Assembly: GCA_963777955.1 (NCBI GenBank)
Contig: CAVZSQ010000023.1
Location: 1-64,000, forward strand
Direction of reading: 5' to 3'
DNA: 64,000 nucleotides
Origin: Calditrichia bacterium
GTDB taxonomy: Bacteria > Calditrichota > Calditrichia > JAJRVZ01
Under the pieces are notes generated by a model. The model was given only the letters and a program-made list of their open reading frames with translations, did not search any database and was not told the DNA's origin. A program made the position numbers and the translations under genes. Shown here piece by piece: positions 30,770 to 42,899 of this stretch. Every line of letters starts with the position of its first letter. The stretch's first letter is position 1.

Positions 30770-32513
30770 ATGCACCGTTTCTTAATCAGCACTCTGACCA
30801 TACTGCTCTCGGTAATTCTTCCCTGCACTGCGCAACCTCCTGCCGAAATAACTATAACCGGAAAGTACAGCCAACCAAATTCTCCGGCCTGGCTGCCCCA
30901 GGCTGTTTTTTACCAGATCTACCCGCAGACATTTTATGACAGCAACGGTGACGGTATCGGCGACCTGCAGGGTATCATCCAGAAACTTGATTACGTAAAA
31001 AGTCTGGGCGTGGACGGGATCTGGATCAATCCTTTTTTCAAATCACCCTTTAACGATGCTGGGTATGATATATCCGATTACTACCAGGTCGCTCCGCGTT
31101 ACGGTACCACCGAGGATGCTAAACAACTATTTTCTGAAGCACACCGGCTTGGTTTGAAAATTCTGTTTGATTATGTAGCCAGTTACACCTCTATCGAAAA
31201 TCCCTGGTTTCAGGAATCGGCACAGCAACAACCCAATAAATACTCTAACTGGTACATCTGGACAGAAAATATCTGGCTCAATCCGCCCCAGGCCTATTTT
31301 GATCTCTTCATTAAAGGATACGGGCGGCGCAACGGCCAGTTCATGCGTAATTTTTACTGGTGCCAGCCGGCACTTAACTATGGCTTTGTCAATCCCCAGG
31401 AAAAATGGCAACTGCCGGTCGATCATCCCGATGTATTGGCCATGCGCGAGGAAATGAAGAAAGTAATGCGTTACTGGCTGGATATGGGTGCAGACGGTTT
31501 TCGTGCCGATATGGCCGGTGCACTGGTTAAAAATGCCCATATCAAAGAAGGCGATCCGTTTTTACAATATGCGTGACCAGGGTACTGAGCAATTCTGGAG
31601 CGAGATCCGCGCCATCCTCGATGCCGAATATCCCCAGGCTTTTATGGTATCGGAATGGTCGTATCCGGAGTCTGCCCTGCGGGCCGGTTTCCATGCCGAT
31701 TTTTACCACTGGTTTGGCGGCTATAATGACCTGCTGCAAAAGGAGAGTTGGCGTATCCTAAACGGCTATTCCGCAGGACATAGTTTCTTTGACCGGGCCG
31801 GAAAAGGAAATATCAAGAATTTCCTGGATCAATATATGATCCAGTACAATAAAACCAAAAACCTGGGTTATATCTGTCTGCCCCTGGGCAATCATGATCT
31901 GGCACGTGTGAATACCGAGCGCAGCGACCGGGAACTGGAAATGATCTTCGCTTTTTCGCTGACTGTGCCCGGGATTCCATTTATTTATTACGGCAATGAA
32001 ATCGGTATGCGCCAGTTGTACGACTTGCCGCATGTCGAAGGGGCCTATAAACCACGGGCCGGGGCCCGCACCCCTATGCAGTGGAATTCCGGAAAAAACC
32101 TCGGCTTCTCCGCGGCAGATGTACCGGAAAAACTCTATCTGCCGGTGGATAGTGCTGCCGATGCCCCCACGGTGGAAAAGCAACAGGATAATCCAAAATC
32201 TTTATTGAACCAGGTCAGGAGTTTGATCAAACTCAGAAAAACCGAACCGGCCCTGGCGGCTTACGCCGAATTCGTCCCGGTCTATGCCAGGGAAAACACC
32301 TATCCCCTGGTATTTGTCCGGGCTGCGGGCAAAGAAACCGTGCTGGCCGTTTTTAATCCAGCCGACCGGCCCGAAACTGCCAGATTTAAATTGAACCTGT
32401 CGGCTAAAAACTTCAAATTACTGGCCGGCGATCAACTGAAAATTACCTGTCATAAAGGGGATTATACAGTGGATATATCTCCGATCTCCTATGCACTCTA
32501 TAAATTGAAATAA
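30770..32513 (+). CDS. GH13 alpha-amylase-family glycosidase with signal peptide (frameshift near 31570)
   Basis: 'FYQIYPQTFYDSNGDGIGDL.GI', 'GFRADMA', 'VSEW', 'NHD', 'IYYGNEIGM', 'RTPMQW'. Confidence 0.9.
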
Positions 32514-32564
32514 ATAACCCGAAATCGGATAAAATCAAACGCCAAACACAGGAATATCACCGAG

Positions 32565-33792
32565 ATGATCCACGCAAAACTTACCACCAAAGAAAATCTA
32601 TTCCCTTTCATTCTGATCACTGCCCTGTTCTTCCTCTGGGGTATTGCCCACGGACTTCTGGACGTCCTGAACAAACATTTCCAGGTAATCCTGCAGATCT
32701 CCAAGGCCCGCTCGGGACTTATACAATTTGCCGTGTATATGGCTTATTTTACCATGGCCCTGCCGGCCGGATTATTCCTGAAACGGTTCGGTTACCGCAA
32801 GGGGATAATTTTAGGACTTGCTGCTGTTTGCCGGGAGCGCCTTTCTGATTGCCGCCACTACATCCCTTGAATCATTCTGGATATTTTTAGTTTGTCTTTT
32901 CACTCTGGGTTGCGGCCTGACCACCCTGGAAACGGCAGCCAATCCCTACACCACTAAACTCGGGCCGCCTGAATCGGCCGAGCGAAGAATTAATCTCTCC
33001 CAATCGTTCAATGGATTGGCCTGGACCGTCGGGCCATTGATTGGTTTGTATATTTACGGAAATACCGGAACGCAGGAGGGTGAAAAACTGGGTTCTTTGA
33101 TGTTACCCTATTTAATCATAGGTGTGGTGGTCTTTTTAGTGGCACTTATTTTCATGAGAACACACCTGCCGGAAATAGAAGATGAAGAGGTTGGGATAGC
33201 GCAGCACACATCTGCCAATGATACGCCCTTAATCGAACAGCGGCATTTCGTTTTAGGAGTTCTGGCCCAGTTCGCCTATGTGGCAGCGCAAACCGGAGTG
33301 TTCAGTTATCTGATTAACTTTATAACCGATGAAAGCCTGCAACCCCATTTTGATAGAGCCTATGGCCCGTATTTCCTGTCGGTAGGATTCGCCCTGTTCA
33401 TGACCGGGCGAATGTCCGGCAGTTATCTGATGAGTTTTATCAAACCGACCAGACTGCTGGCTATATATGCAACTGCCTGTGTGCTCTTGCTGCCGGTCGT
33501 CAGCGGAGGCTACGGCTGGTATTCCATTATCGCCCTCTACCTGATATTTTTCTTTATGTCCATCATGTTCCCTACAATTTTCGCGCTTGGTATCAAGGGT
33601 TTGGGCCACCAGACAAAAAAAGCCTCTTCTTTTATAGTCATGGCCATTGTAGGTGGCGCTATATTTCCACCGCTGATGGGCTGGATTGCTGATAATTCCT
33701 CCATGTCCGTCGGCTTCCTGGCCCCGATTCCCCTGTTCATCTTTATTGTATTTTATGCTATCAAAGGACACATAATCAGAAAGCAGGTTTAA
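32565..33792 (+). CDS. fucP: L-fucose:H+ symporter-type MFS permease (frameshift near 32820)
   Basis: 'LITALFFLWG', 'LETAANPY...G....A..R.NLSQSFNG', 'SIMFPTIFAL', 'MAIVGGA'. Confidence 0.85.
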
Positions 33793-33794
33793 TT

Positions 33795-34166
33795 ATGGAA
33801 TACTACAACCAGTCATCACACTCCACCTATAAAAGGTACTGCAAAACGCTGGAATTGAGAAATGACCCTGCTCTGATCGACGAGTATAAAAAAGTGCATG
33901 CCTGGGGCAAGGCCTGGCCTGAAATCACCAGGGGTATGAAAGAAGTTGGTATTATCGATATGGAAATTTATTTGTGGGGTACCCGCTTGTTCATGATCAT
34001 GGATACACTTCCCGATTTCGATCATGAACAGGCGATGAGTGTGCTGGCCAAAAAACCGCGCCAGGCTGAATGGGAAGCATTCGTCTCCCGTTTTCAGCAA
34101 ACATCCGAATCTGCCTCTGCAGATGCAAAATGGCAATTAATGGAACGGATTTATAAATTGGATTAG
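33795..34166 (+). CDS. L-rhamnose/L-fucose mutarotase family protein
   Basis: 'I.EYKK.H....WPEI......GI.DMEIYL...RLFMIM'; position in the fucose cluster. Confidence 0.8.
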   Translation: MEYYNQSSHSTYKRYCKTLELRNDPALIDEYKKVHAWGKAWPEITRGMKEVGIIDMEIYLWGTRLFMIMDTLPDFDHEQAMSVLAKKPRQAEWEAFVSRFQQTSESASADAKWQLMERIYKLD

Positions 34167-34168
34167 AA

Positions 34169-35002
34169 ATGAAAATCGATAGTCACCAGCATTTCTGGAG
34201 ATATAATCCTGCCGAATATGGCTGGATCAGTGACCAAATGAAAGTTTTACGCCGCGACTTTCTGCCGGCTGACCTGAAGATTGAATTGCAGCAGAGCGGT
34301 TTTCAGGGTTCGATCGCCGTGCAGGCGCGGCAAAGTCTGACCGAAACACAATGGCTGCTGGAATTGGCTGACCAGAATCCGTTCATCAAAGGAGTTGTGG
34401 GCTGGATTGATCTTTGTGCGCCGGATGTAGAACAGCAAATATTAAAGTTTGTAAAAAATCCACGATTTGTCGGCGTGCGGCATATCATCCAGGACGAACC
34501 GGATGAGGCTTTTATGCTCCGGGCGGATTTTATCAATGGCCTGCACTGTCTGCAAAAATATGATCTGACTTACGATCTGTTAGTATTTCCCAAACACCTG
34601 TCCAATGCGATAAAACTGGTGGCCCAGTTTCCCGGGATGCGTTTTGTACTCGATCATCTGGCCAAACCTTTCATCCAAAAACAGATCATTTCTCCCTGGC
34701 GGGAAGGATTGATTGAATTAGCGCATTACCCGAACACCTGGTGTAAAATATCGGGAATGGTTACTGAAGCGGATTGGCAAAACTGGAAATATGAAGATTT
34801 TGTTCCGTATCTCGATACAGTTTTGCAAGCCTTCGGTCCCGAACGGGTATTGATCGGTTCCGATTGGCCGGTATGTACACTGGCTGGAAGTCATCATAAA
34901 GTGATATCAATAGTACTCCGTTTCATCGAAAAATTTACAGCTGCGCAACAGGCAGCCATCTTAGGGCATAATGCAAAACACGTTTACAAATTAAAATTAT
35001 AA
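34169..35002 (+). CDS. Amidohydrolase family, probable L-fucono-1,5-lactonase
   Basis: 'IDSHQHFW', 'GVRH', 'LDHLAKP', 'KISG', 'GSDWPV'. Confidence 0.85.
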   Translation: MKIDSHQHFWRYNPAEYGWISDQMKVLRRDFLPADLKIELQQSGFQGSIAVQARQSLTETQWLLELADQNPFIKGVVGWIDLCAPDVEQQILKFVKNPRFVGVRHIIQDEPDEAFMLRADFINGLHCLQKYDLTYDLLVFPKHLSNAIKLVAQFPGMRFVLDHLAKPFIQKQIISPWREGLIELAHYPNTWCKISGMVTEADWQNWKYEDFVPYLDTVLQAFGPERVLIGSDWPVCTLAGSHHKVISIVLRFIEKFTAAQQAAILGHNAKHVYKLKL

Positions 35003-35019
35003 ATTAATACAAGTGAGCG

Positions 35020-36324
35020 ATGTCAATCAAAATTAAAAATATCATTGTGAAAGATATCCGCTTCCCGACCAGTAAATATCTGGATGGTTCGGATGCCATG
35101 AATCCCGATCCTGATTATTCCGCAGCCTATGTCATACTGGAAACTGATCATCCGGCGGGTATCGCCGGGCATGGTCTGACTTTTACCATCGGCAGGGGCA
35201 ACGAAATAGTGGTTCAGGCTATAAAATCCCTGGCCTTTCTGGTCCAGGGCAAAACATTAGAATCTTTTACCTGTGACATGGCCGGATTCTGGAGAATGAT
35301 CACCGGTGACAGTCAACTGCGCTGGCTGGGACCTGAAAAAGGGATCATGCAACTGGCCCTGGGTGCGATGATTAATGCGGTATGGGATCTGTATGCCAAG
35401 GTCGAAAAAAAACCGCTGTGGCAACTAATTGCCGGCATGACCCCGGAGCAATTCCTCGCGCTGATCGATTTTACCTATATCTCTGATGCCATAACTCCGC
35501 AGGAAGCACTGGCCTTATTAAAGAAAAACGAATCATCCAAAAAGAACAGGATCGAAGATCTGCGGCAAAACGGCTATCCCGCTTATACCACTTCAGCCGG
35601 ATGGCTGGGTTACAGCGACGAAAAGATCAGAAAATTATGCCGCGAAGCAAAACAGCAGGGTTGGAAATATTTAAAAATGAAGGTAGGGTCGAATATCGAC
35701 GATGATCTGCGTCGTGCTGCCATCATCCGCGAGGAAATCGGTTATGAACTAAAACTGATGATGGACGCCAATCAAAAATGGAATGTCGGCGAGGCCATAT
35801 CGAATATGCAAAAATTGATTAAATTCCAGCCATGGTGGATTGAAGAACCAACCAGCCCGGACGACATCCTGGGTCATAAAAGAATTGCCGGGGCAGTCCG
35901 GCCGGTCAAGGTTGCCACCGGCGAGCATTGTCCCAACCGCGTGATGTTCAAGCAATTTATCACCTCCGGCGCGATCGATGTCTGCCAGATCGATAGTTGC
36001 CGCATGGCCGGGGTCAACGAAGTCCTGGCTGTTCTCCTGCTGGCCGCCAAATACAATGTACCGGTATGTCCGCACGCCGGAGGGGTCGGCTTATGCGAAT
36101 ATGTACAACACCTGGCTATGATCGATTACATCTGTGTTTCCGCCTCGCTGGAAAACAGGGTAATCGAATATGTCGATCACCTTCATGAACATTTTGTCAA
36201 TCCGGTAACAATAAAAAACGGCGCTTACCTGCCGCCGACCGTACCGGGATACAGTATCACCATGAAGCCGGAAAGTCTGCTGAGTTATGCTTATCCGGCT
36301 GGCGAGATATGGAGTCAGAAATAA
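35020..36324 (+). CDS. fucD: L-fuconate dehydratase (enolase superfamily)
   Basis: 'DIRFPTS..LDGSDAMNPDPDYSAAY', 'YPAYTTSAGWLGYSD', 'KMKVG', 'DANQ.W', 'IEEPTSPDD', 'TGEH', 'CPHAGGVGLCE'. Confidence 0.92.
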   Translation: MSIKIKNIIVKDIRFPTSKYLDGSDAMNPDPDYSAAYVILETDHPAGIAGHGLTFTIGRGNEIVVQAIKSLAFLVQGKTLESFTCDMAGFWRMITGDSQLRWLGPEKGIMQLALGAMINAVWDLYAKVEKKPLWQLIAGMTPEQFLALIDFTYISDAITPQEALALLKKNESSKKNRIEDLRQNGYPAYTTSAGWLGYSDEKIRKLCREAKQQGWKYLKMKVGSNIDDDLRRAAIIREEIGYELKLMMDANQKWNVGEAISNMQKLIKFQPWWIEEPTSPDDILGHKRIAGAVRPVKVATGEHCPNRVMFKQFITSGAIDVCQIDSCRMAGVNEVLAVLLLAAKYNVPVCPHAGGVGLCEYVQHLAMIDYICVSASLENRVIEYVDHLHEHFVNPVTIKNGAYLPPTVPGYSITMKPESLLSYAYPAGEIWSQK

Positions 36325-36350
36325 AATAATGATAAAACAGGATCCAGAGC

Positions 36351-37130
36351 ATGAAAGATCAGTTATTAAAAGGTAAAAATGCCATTGTAACCGGTGGAGC
36401 CAGCGGCATCGGCGCAGCAATTTCAAAAAAATTTGCCGCCGCAGGGGCGCAGGTGCATATACTCGATTGCAATGGTGATTTAGCCAAAACGGTAGCCGTT
36501 GAGATCACCAAAAAAAAACAACAGGGTGTATTTCACTCCTGCGATGTCTCCGATCAGCAGGATGTGCTGCGTACCATAAATTCCATCGCCGCCGCGCAGC
36601 CAATTAATATATTGATAAACAATGCCGGGGTGGCTCATGTCGGTAACGCCGAAAATACCTCGGAACAGGACTTCGACCGGCTATACCGTATAAATGTAAA
36701 AGGTGTCTATAATTGCCTGCATGCCGCCCTGCCCCATATGAAAAAGAATAATAGCGGTTGCATTGTCAACATGGCTTCCATAGCTGCAGTGGTGGGTCTG
36801 GCCGACCGTTTTGCCTATTCGATGACCAAAGGTGCCGTGCTGACCATGACTTACTCGGTAGCCAGGGATTACATCAAGTACAATATCCGCTGTAACGCCA
36901 TCTCTCCCGCCCGTATCCACACCCCGTTTGTGGATGGTTTTATCACCAAGAACTATCCCGGTAAAGAGCAGGAAATGTTTACCCAGTTATCAAAAACCCA
37001 ACCCCTGGGCCGGATGGGTAAACCTGAAGAGGTTGCCGACCTGGCACTGTTCCTGTGTTCCGAGCAGGCTGCCTTTATAACCGGGACTAATTTTCCAATT
37101 GACGGTGGCTTTATTAAATTAAATTCGTGA
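36351..37130 (+). CDS. SDR, probable 2-keto-3-deoxy-L-fuconate dehydrogenase
   Basis: TGGASGIG, NNAG, 'DRFAYSMTKGA', 'PARIHTPFVD'; gene context. Confidence 0.8.
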   Translation: MKDQLLKGKNAIVTGGASGIGAAISKKFAAAGAQVHILDCNGDLAKTVAVEITKKKQQGVFHSCDVSDQQDVLRTINSIAAAQPINILINNAGVAHVGNAENTSEQDFDRLYRINVKGVYNCLHAALPHMKKNNSGCIVNMASIAAVVGLADRFAYSMTKGAVLTMTYSVARDYIKYNIRCNAISPARIHTPFVDGFITKNYPGKEQEMFTQLSKTQPLGRMGKPEEVADLALFLCSEQAAFITGTNFPIDGGFIKLNS

Positions 37131-37137
37131 GCAGAAA

Positions 37138-37995
37138 ATGAAATTAATCAGATTTGGCCAGACGGGTAAAGAAAAACCCGGGGTAATTTTGAGTGACGGT
37201 ACACGGCGGGATGTCAGTGCCTGTACCAAAGATTTCAATGAATCCTTCTTCGAAAACGATGGTTTGTCTGAATTGCAGTACTGGCTTGAGAAAAATGGCA
37301 AAAGCGCTTCCCTGGTCAAGGACGATATCAGGCTGGGACCACCTGTGGCCCGGCCGTCTAAAATAATTTGCATCGGACTTAATTATGCCAAACATGCCCG
37401 GGAGACCGGAGCTGCAGCTCCTGCCGAACCGATATTATTTTTTAAATCTACAACTGCTCTGACCGGTCCCTATGATAACATTATTATTCCCCGGAACAGT
37501 GAAAAGACCGACTGGGAAGTCGAGCTGGCCGTGGTCATCGGTAAAAAAGCCCTCTATATCGATGAAGCCGAGGCGATTAAATATGTTGCCGGATATGCCT
37601 TGCATAACGATCTCAGTGAACGGGCTTTTCAACTGGAAAGAGGCGGCCAATGGGTAAAAGGCAAAAGCGCCGATACCTTTGCCCCGCTGGGTCCTTTCCT
37701 GGCCAGCCAGGATGAAATCAGTGATCCGCACAATTTAAATTTGTGGTTGAAGTTGAACGGAACCGTAATGCAATCGTCAAATACTTCCGATTTAATTTTT
37801 AAAATACCATTCCTGGTCAGTTATATCAGCCAGTTCATGACTCTGCTGCCGGGCGATATTATTTCCACCGGAACACCATCGGGGGTCGGGATGGGTCAAA
37901 AGCCACCCAAATACCTGCGCCCTGGTGATGTAGTCGAGCTGGGTATTGATGGTTTAGGAACAGCCAAACAGCATGTAGTCGCCTGGAGAAGTTAA
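37138..37995 (+). CDS. Fumarylacetoacetate-hydrolase family, probable 2,4-diketo-3-deoxy-L-fuconate hydrolase
   Basis: 'KIICIGLNYA.H', 'DWEVEL', 'NDLSER', 'GKS.DTF.PLGP', 'GDIISTGTP.GVG'. Confidence 0.85.
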   Translation: MKLIRFGQTGKEKPGVILSDGTRRDVSACTKDFNESFFENDGLSELQYWLEKNGKSASLVKDDIRLGPPVARPSKIICIGLNYAKHARETGAAAPAEPILFFKSTTALTGPYDNIIIPRNSEKTDWEVELAVVIGKKALYIDEAEAIKYVAGYALHNDLSERAFQLERGGQWVKGKSADTFAPLGPFLASQDEISDPHNLNLWLKLNGTVMQSSNTSDLIFKIPFLVSYISQFMTLLPGDIISTGTPSGVGMGQKPPKYLRPGDVVELGIDGLGTAKQHVVAWRS

Positions 37996-38000
37996 TCCAT

Positions 38001-38084
38001 TTCCCCCTTAAAAAAGGGGGTGAGGGGGTTGTTTTGCATGATGGCAATGATAACAACCCCCTACCCCCCTTTATTAAGGGGGAA
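38001..38084. repeat. Inverted-repeat element with 33-bp arms
   Basis: TTCCCCCTTAAAAAAGGGGGTGAGGGGGTTGTT ... AACAACCCCCTACCCCCCTTTATTAAGGGGGAA; each arm also contains its own hairpin. Confidence 0.7.
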
Positions 38085-38198
38085 TCGACATTGAGATACA
38101 TTTTTCTATCTTTATTAACACAAAAATGTTGAAGTGTCACAACAGGTCAGGGAAAATTTGTTTATACTTAAATAAATCAATCAACAGAGTGAGGAAAT

Positions 38199-38991
<793 letters not shown>

Positions 38992-39020
38992 TGGTATTAA
39001 AAATAAGAGGGATAGTAATC

Positions 39021-41475
39021 ATGAAAACGTCAGCCGTGCAACAAAAATCACGATTTTTCTATTGTATTCTGCTTATACTTATGAGTGGATTATTAATTAA
39101 TTGTATGAATAAACCTGTAAAATACAGAAAGACCGAACAGTTCGGCCAGGGCTGGCATTTCTTTTTAGGGGATGTACCTAATGGTCAGGAAGCAGATCTG
39201 GACGACTCACCGTGGCGGGTACTGAATCTGCCGCACGACTGGAGCATTGAAGGTGAATTCAGTCCTGATCATCCGGCCACACCGGGAGGGGGTGCTTTGC
39301 CCGGTGGTATCGGCTGGTACCGCAAAACTTTTTCCCTGCCCGATGCAGATAAAGAGCGGCTGGTTTTCATCGAATTCGACGGTATATACCGCAACAGCGA
39401 AGTATGGATCAATGGCAACTATCTGGGCAAACGTCCCAGTGGTTATATCTCCTTTCGTTATGAATTGACCCCCTTCCTGAAATACGGGCTGGATAAAAAT
39501 GTGCTGGCAGTTAAGGTTGATAATTCCCAGCAACCCAATTCCCGCTGGTATTCCGGATCGGGAATTTATAGAAATGTACGCCTGGTCACCTGCGCAAAAA
39601 TTCATGTAGATCAGTGGGGTACTTTTATAACCACACCTGAAGTAAGTGAACAGTCAGCCCGGGTGTCAGTCCGTACCAAAGTATGGAATGCCGCTCCACA
39701 GGATCAAGTGATTAAAGTAAGGACCGTGCTGCTGGACCAGGCCGGTCTTAACGTAGCCACAGCGGAATTTGAGCAGTCGGCCATGACCAACTCTTTCAGT
39801 GAAATCTTCCAGAGTTTAAACATCAGCAATCCGGTATTATGGTCTCTGACAAATCCCTACTTATACAAGGCGCTGACGACCATAGAGTATGGCGGTCAGA
39901 TCTGTGATGATTATGAAACAACCTTCGGTATCCGCACCTTTGAATTTGACAGTGCAAAAGGTTTTATACTGAATGGCCAACAGGTCAAGATCAACGGAGT
40001 ATGCAATCATCATGATCTCGGTTTTCTGGGCGCTGCTGTAAATACCAGGGCCATTGAACGCCAACTGGAAATTCTGCAGGCCTGCGGCTGCAACGGTATC
40101 CGCACCTCGCACAATCCTCCGGCACCCGAACTTCTCGATCTGTGCGATAGAATGGGTTTCGTGGTGATGGATGAGGCATTTGATATGTGGCTGAAGGGTA
40201 AAAATCCGTATGATTATCACCTTGATTTTGCCGCCTGGCACAAGCGTGATTTGCAGGATCAGGTTCTGCGCGATCGCAATCATCCCAGTGTGTTCATGTG
40301 GAGTATCGGCAATGAAATATTAGAACAATTTGACCAGAAGGATAGCAGCGGAACGGTGCTTGCACTTGAATTAGCAGGCCTGATCAAAGAACTCGACTCT
40401 ACCCGTATGATCACTTCCGCCTGCAATGATCAGGATCCGCAGAACCCGCTGATAAAATCCGGTGCCCTGGACGTGATTGGCTATAATTACCACCAGGATA
40501 AATATGTTGCTTTTCCACAGACCTATCCCGGTCGCAGGTTTATTGCCGCTGAGACCATGTCGGCGCTGGCCACGCGGGGTTCTTATGACATGCCTTCGGA
40601 CAGTGTACGGCGCTGGCCCATACGCTGGGATATTCCTTTTACTACCGGTAATGCCGACTTCACCTGCTCGGCCTATGACAACTGTTGCGCGCCCTGGGGC
40701 TCTACTCATGAAGAAACCTGGCGAATTATCAAGAAACATGACTTTCTATCCGGTATGTTTATCTGGACCGGTTTCGATTATCTGGGTGAACCAACCCCTT
40801 ATCAGCTGGCCGGCGCGCAGTTCTTACTTCGGCATCGTCGATCTGGCCGGATTCCCTAAAGATTCATATTATCTGTACCAGAGCGAATGGACAACTACGG
40901 CGGTCCTGCATATTTTCCCCCACTGGAACTGGCAGCAGGGGCAACTGATTGACATCTGGGCTTATACCAACTGCGAAGAGGTGGAGTTATTCTTAAACGG
41001 GCAATCGCAGGGCACCAGGAAAAAAACCGCCGACGACCTGCACCTGATGTGGCGTATGGTCTTTGAACCGGGTACACTGAAAGCCATCGGCCGCACAGGC
41101 GGAAAACAAATTCTGACCAGCGAAGTAAAGACCGCCGGAAAACCGGCGAAAATAGTATTAGCGGCAGACCGCAAGGCCATAAATGCTGATGGCCGGGATC
41201 TTTCGTTTATTACAGTAAAGATACTGGATAAAGAAGGTCTAGCGGTGCCTTATGCTGATAATCTGGTCCGGTTCAGTATTTCCGGTACCGGAAAGATTGC
41301 CGGTGTCGATAACGGTCTGCAAACCAGTACGGAATCCTTCCAGGCCGATCAGCGGAAGGCATTTCATGGTTTGTGTCTGGTCGTGGTTCAGTCGGACGAG
41401 CAGCCGGGTCAGATTACACTGCAGGCAGAATCGGACAACCTGGAATCAGCGTCAATAATTATCGAATCAAAATAG
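39021..41475 (+). CDS. GH2 beta-galactosidase-like (frameshift near 40805)
   Basis: 'LPHDWSIE', 'SRWYSGSGIYR', 'IRTSHNPP', 'RDRNHPSVFMWSIGNE', 'WTGFDYLGEPTP', 'SSYFGIVDLAGFPKD'. Confidence 0.92.
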
Positions 41476-41538
41476 ATCTCTGTACTAAGAGATCGGAAGA
41501 CTGCAAAGAATAAATATGTCAGAAGGAAGGATAAGAAT

Positions 41539-42899
41539 ATGAGCAAAGCAACTCGTTTTATATTTTGCACTTTTGTTTTTATTTGTTAATCAATCCAGCC
41601 GTGCAGTCGAGATCTGCAATGACGCTTCACCAAACTGGACGGAAGTCATGGGCGGCGAATATCGTGTCTCAAATAATGTCTGGGGCGGAGGCGGCGGCGA
41701 GCAGTGTCTGGAGATTGACCTGGAATCCAGTTATTTTAAATTAGTAATGTCCACGCATAACAGTACCAGTGTTGTCTCCTACCCTTTCATTTATAAAGGC
41801 TACCACTGGGGAAATCCAACTGATGAACCATGGAATACTTTTCCGATCCGCGTCGGTGAACTTGAGTCGGCGCCTTTCAGCTGGAGTGTGGATACGACAG
41901 GTGTCCAGGGGCTCTGGAATGCCGCCTTCGAAGCCTGGTTCAGTTTGCCCGGAACGTTTGATCCCGGTGGCGGTGCCGAACTGATGATCTGGATTAACTA
42001 TGGCGGCGGCGCTGGACCCGGCGGTTCAGCGGTGGACACCGCAACCATCGGCGGCTATTTCTGGGAAGTCTATTATGCAGACTGGAGCTGGAATTACATC
42101 GCTTACAAACTGGTTCCGGCAGCCAATGAAGTAAGTGTGGATCTCAAAGCTTTTGTCCACGATGCCCTGACCCGCGGTTATCTATTAACCACCTGGGAGC
42201 TGGATAACATGGAAGCGGGTTTCGAGATCTGGAGCGACGGTGAGGGGCTGACCTGCAACGAGTTCAGCGCGGAAGCAACCGGCGGAGCAGTGGAACCGGA
42301 ATATCCTCCGATAATTTTCAACCTGAGTTCCCCTTCGAATAACAGAAATCTGACCAACTGGACAATTGACTTCCGCTGGCAGGCTTCGCTCGATCCCAAT
42401 GCGAATCCGATTGAATATATCCTGCACATTTTCGGTAACGGCATGGACACAACAGTTGCCCAGATAGATACACAACACTATTTCCTATGATGCAACCAAC
42501 AATTTACAACCCAATACTTATTACACCTGGTATGTCGAAGCGACCGATGGCAGCGATACAACCGCGAGTTCGACTCAACGGACTTTCAAAACCCCCACTT
42601 CAAGCCGGTTAGGTTTAATCGATCAATCCCCTGACAACTTCGCCCTGGCCCAGAATTATCCGAATCCGTTCAATCCCAGCACAACCATATCCTACACCCT
42701 GAGCCAGGCAAGTAATGTTACACTAAAGGTTTACGATACGATTGGACGCGAGATCGCGACCCTGGCTGACAATATGAAAAAAGGAGCGGGAAATTATGAG
42801 ATATCATTTGATGCATCAAATTTACCCAGCGGCGTGTATCTGTACAGACTGCAGGCGGACAATTTGATTGCGACCAGGAAAATGATGTTAATCAAATGA
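41539..42899 (+). CDS. GH12 endoglucanase/xyloglucanase with FN3-like domain and T9SS-type CTD (frameshifts near 41570 and 42485)
   Basis: 'NNVWG', 'SYP', 'ELMIW', 'GFEIW'; the downstream shifted frame encodes 'QNYPNPFNPST..SGVYLYRL..RKMMLIK'. Confidence 0.85.
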
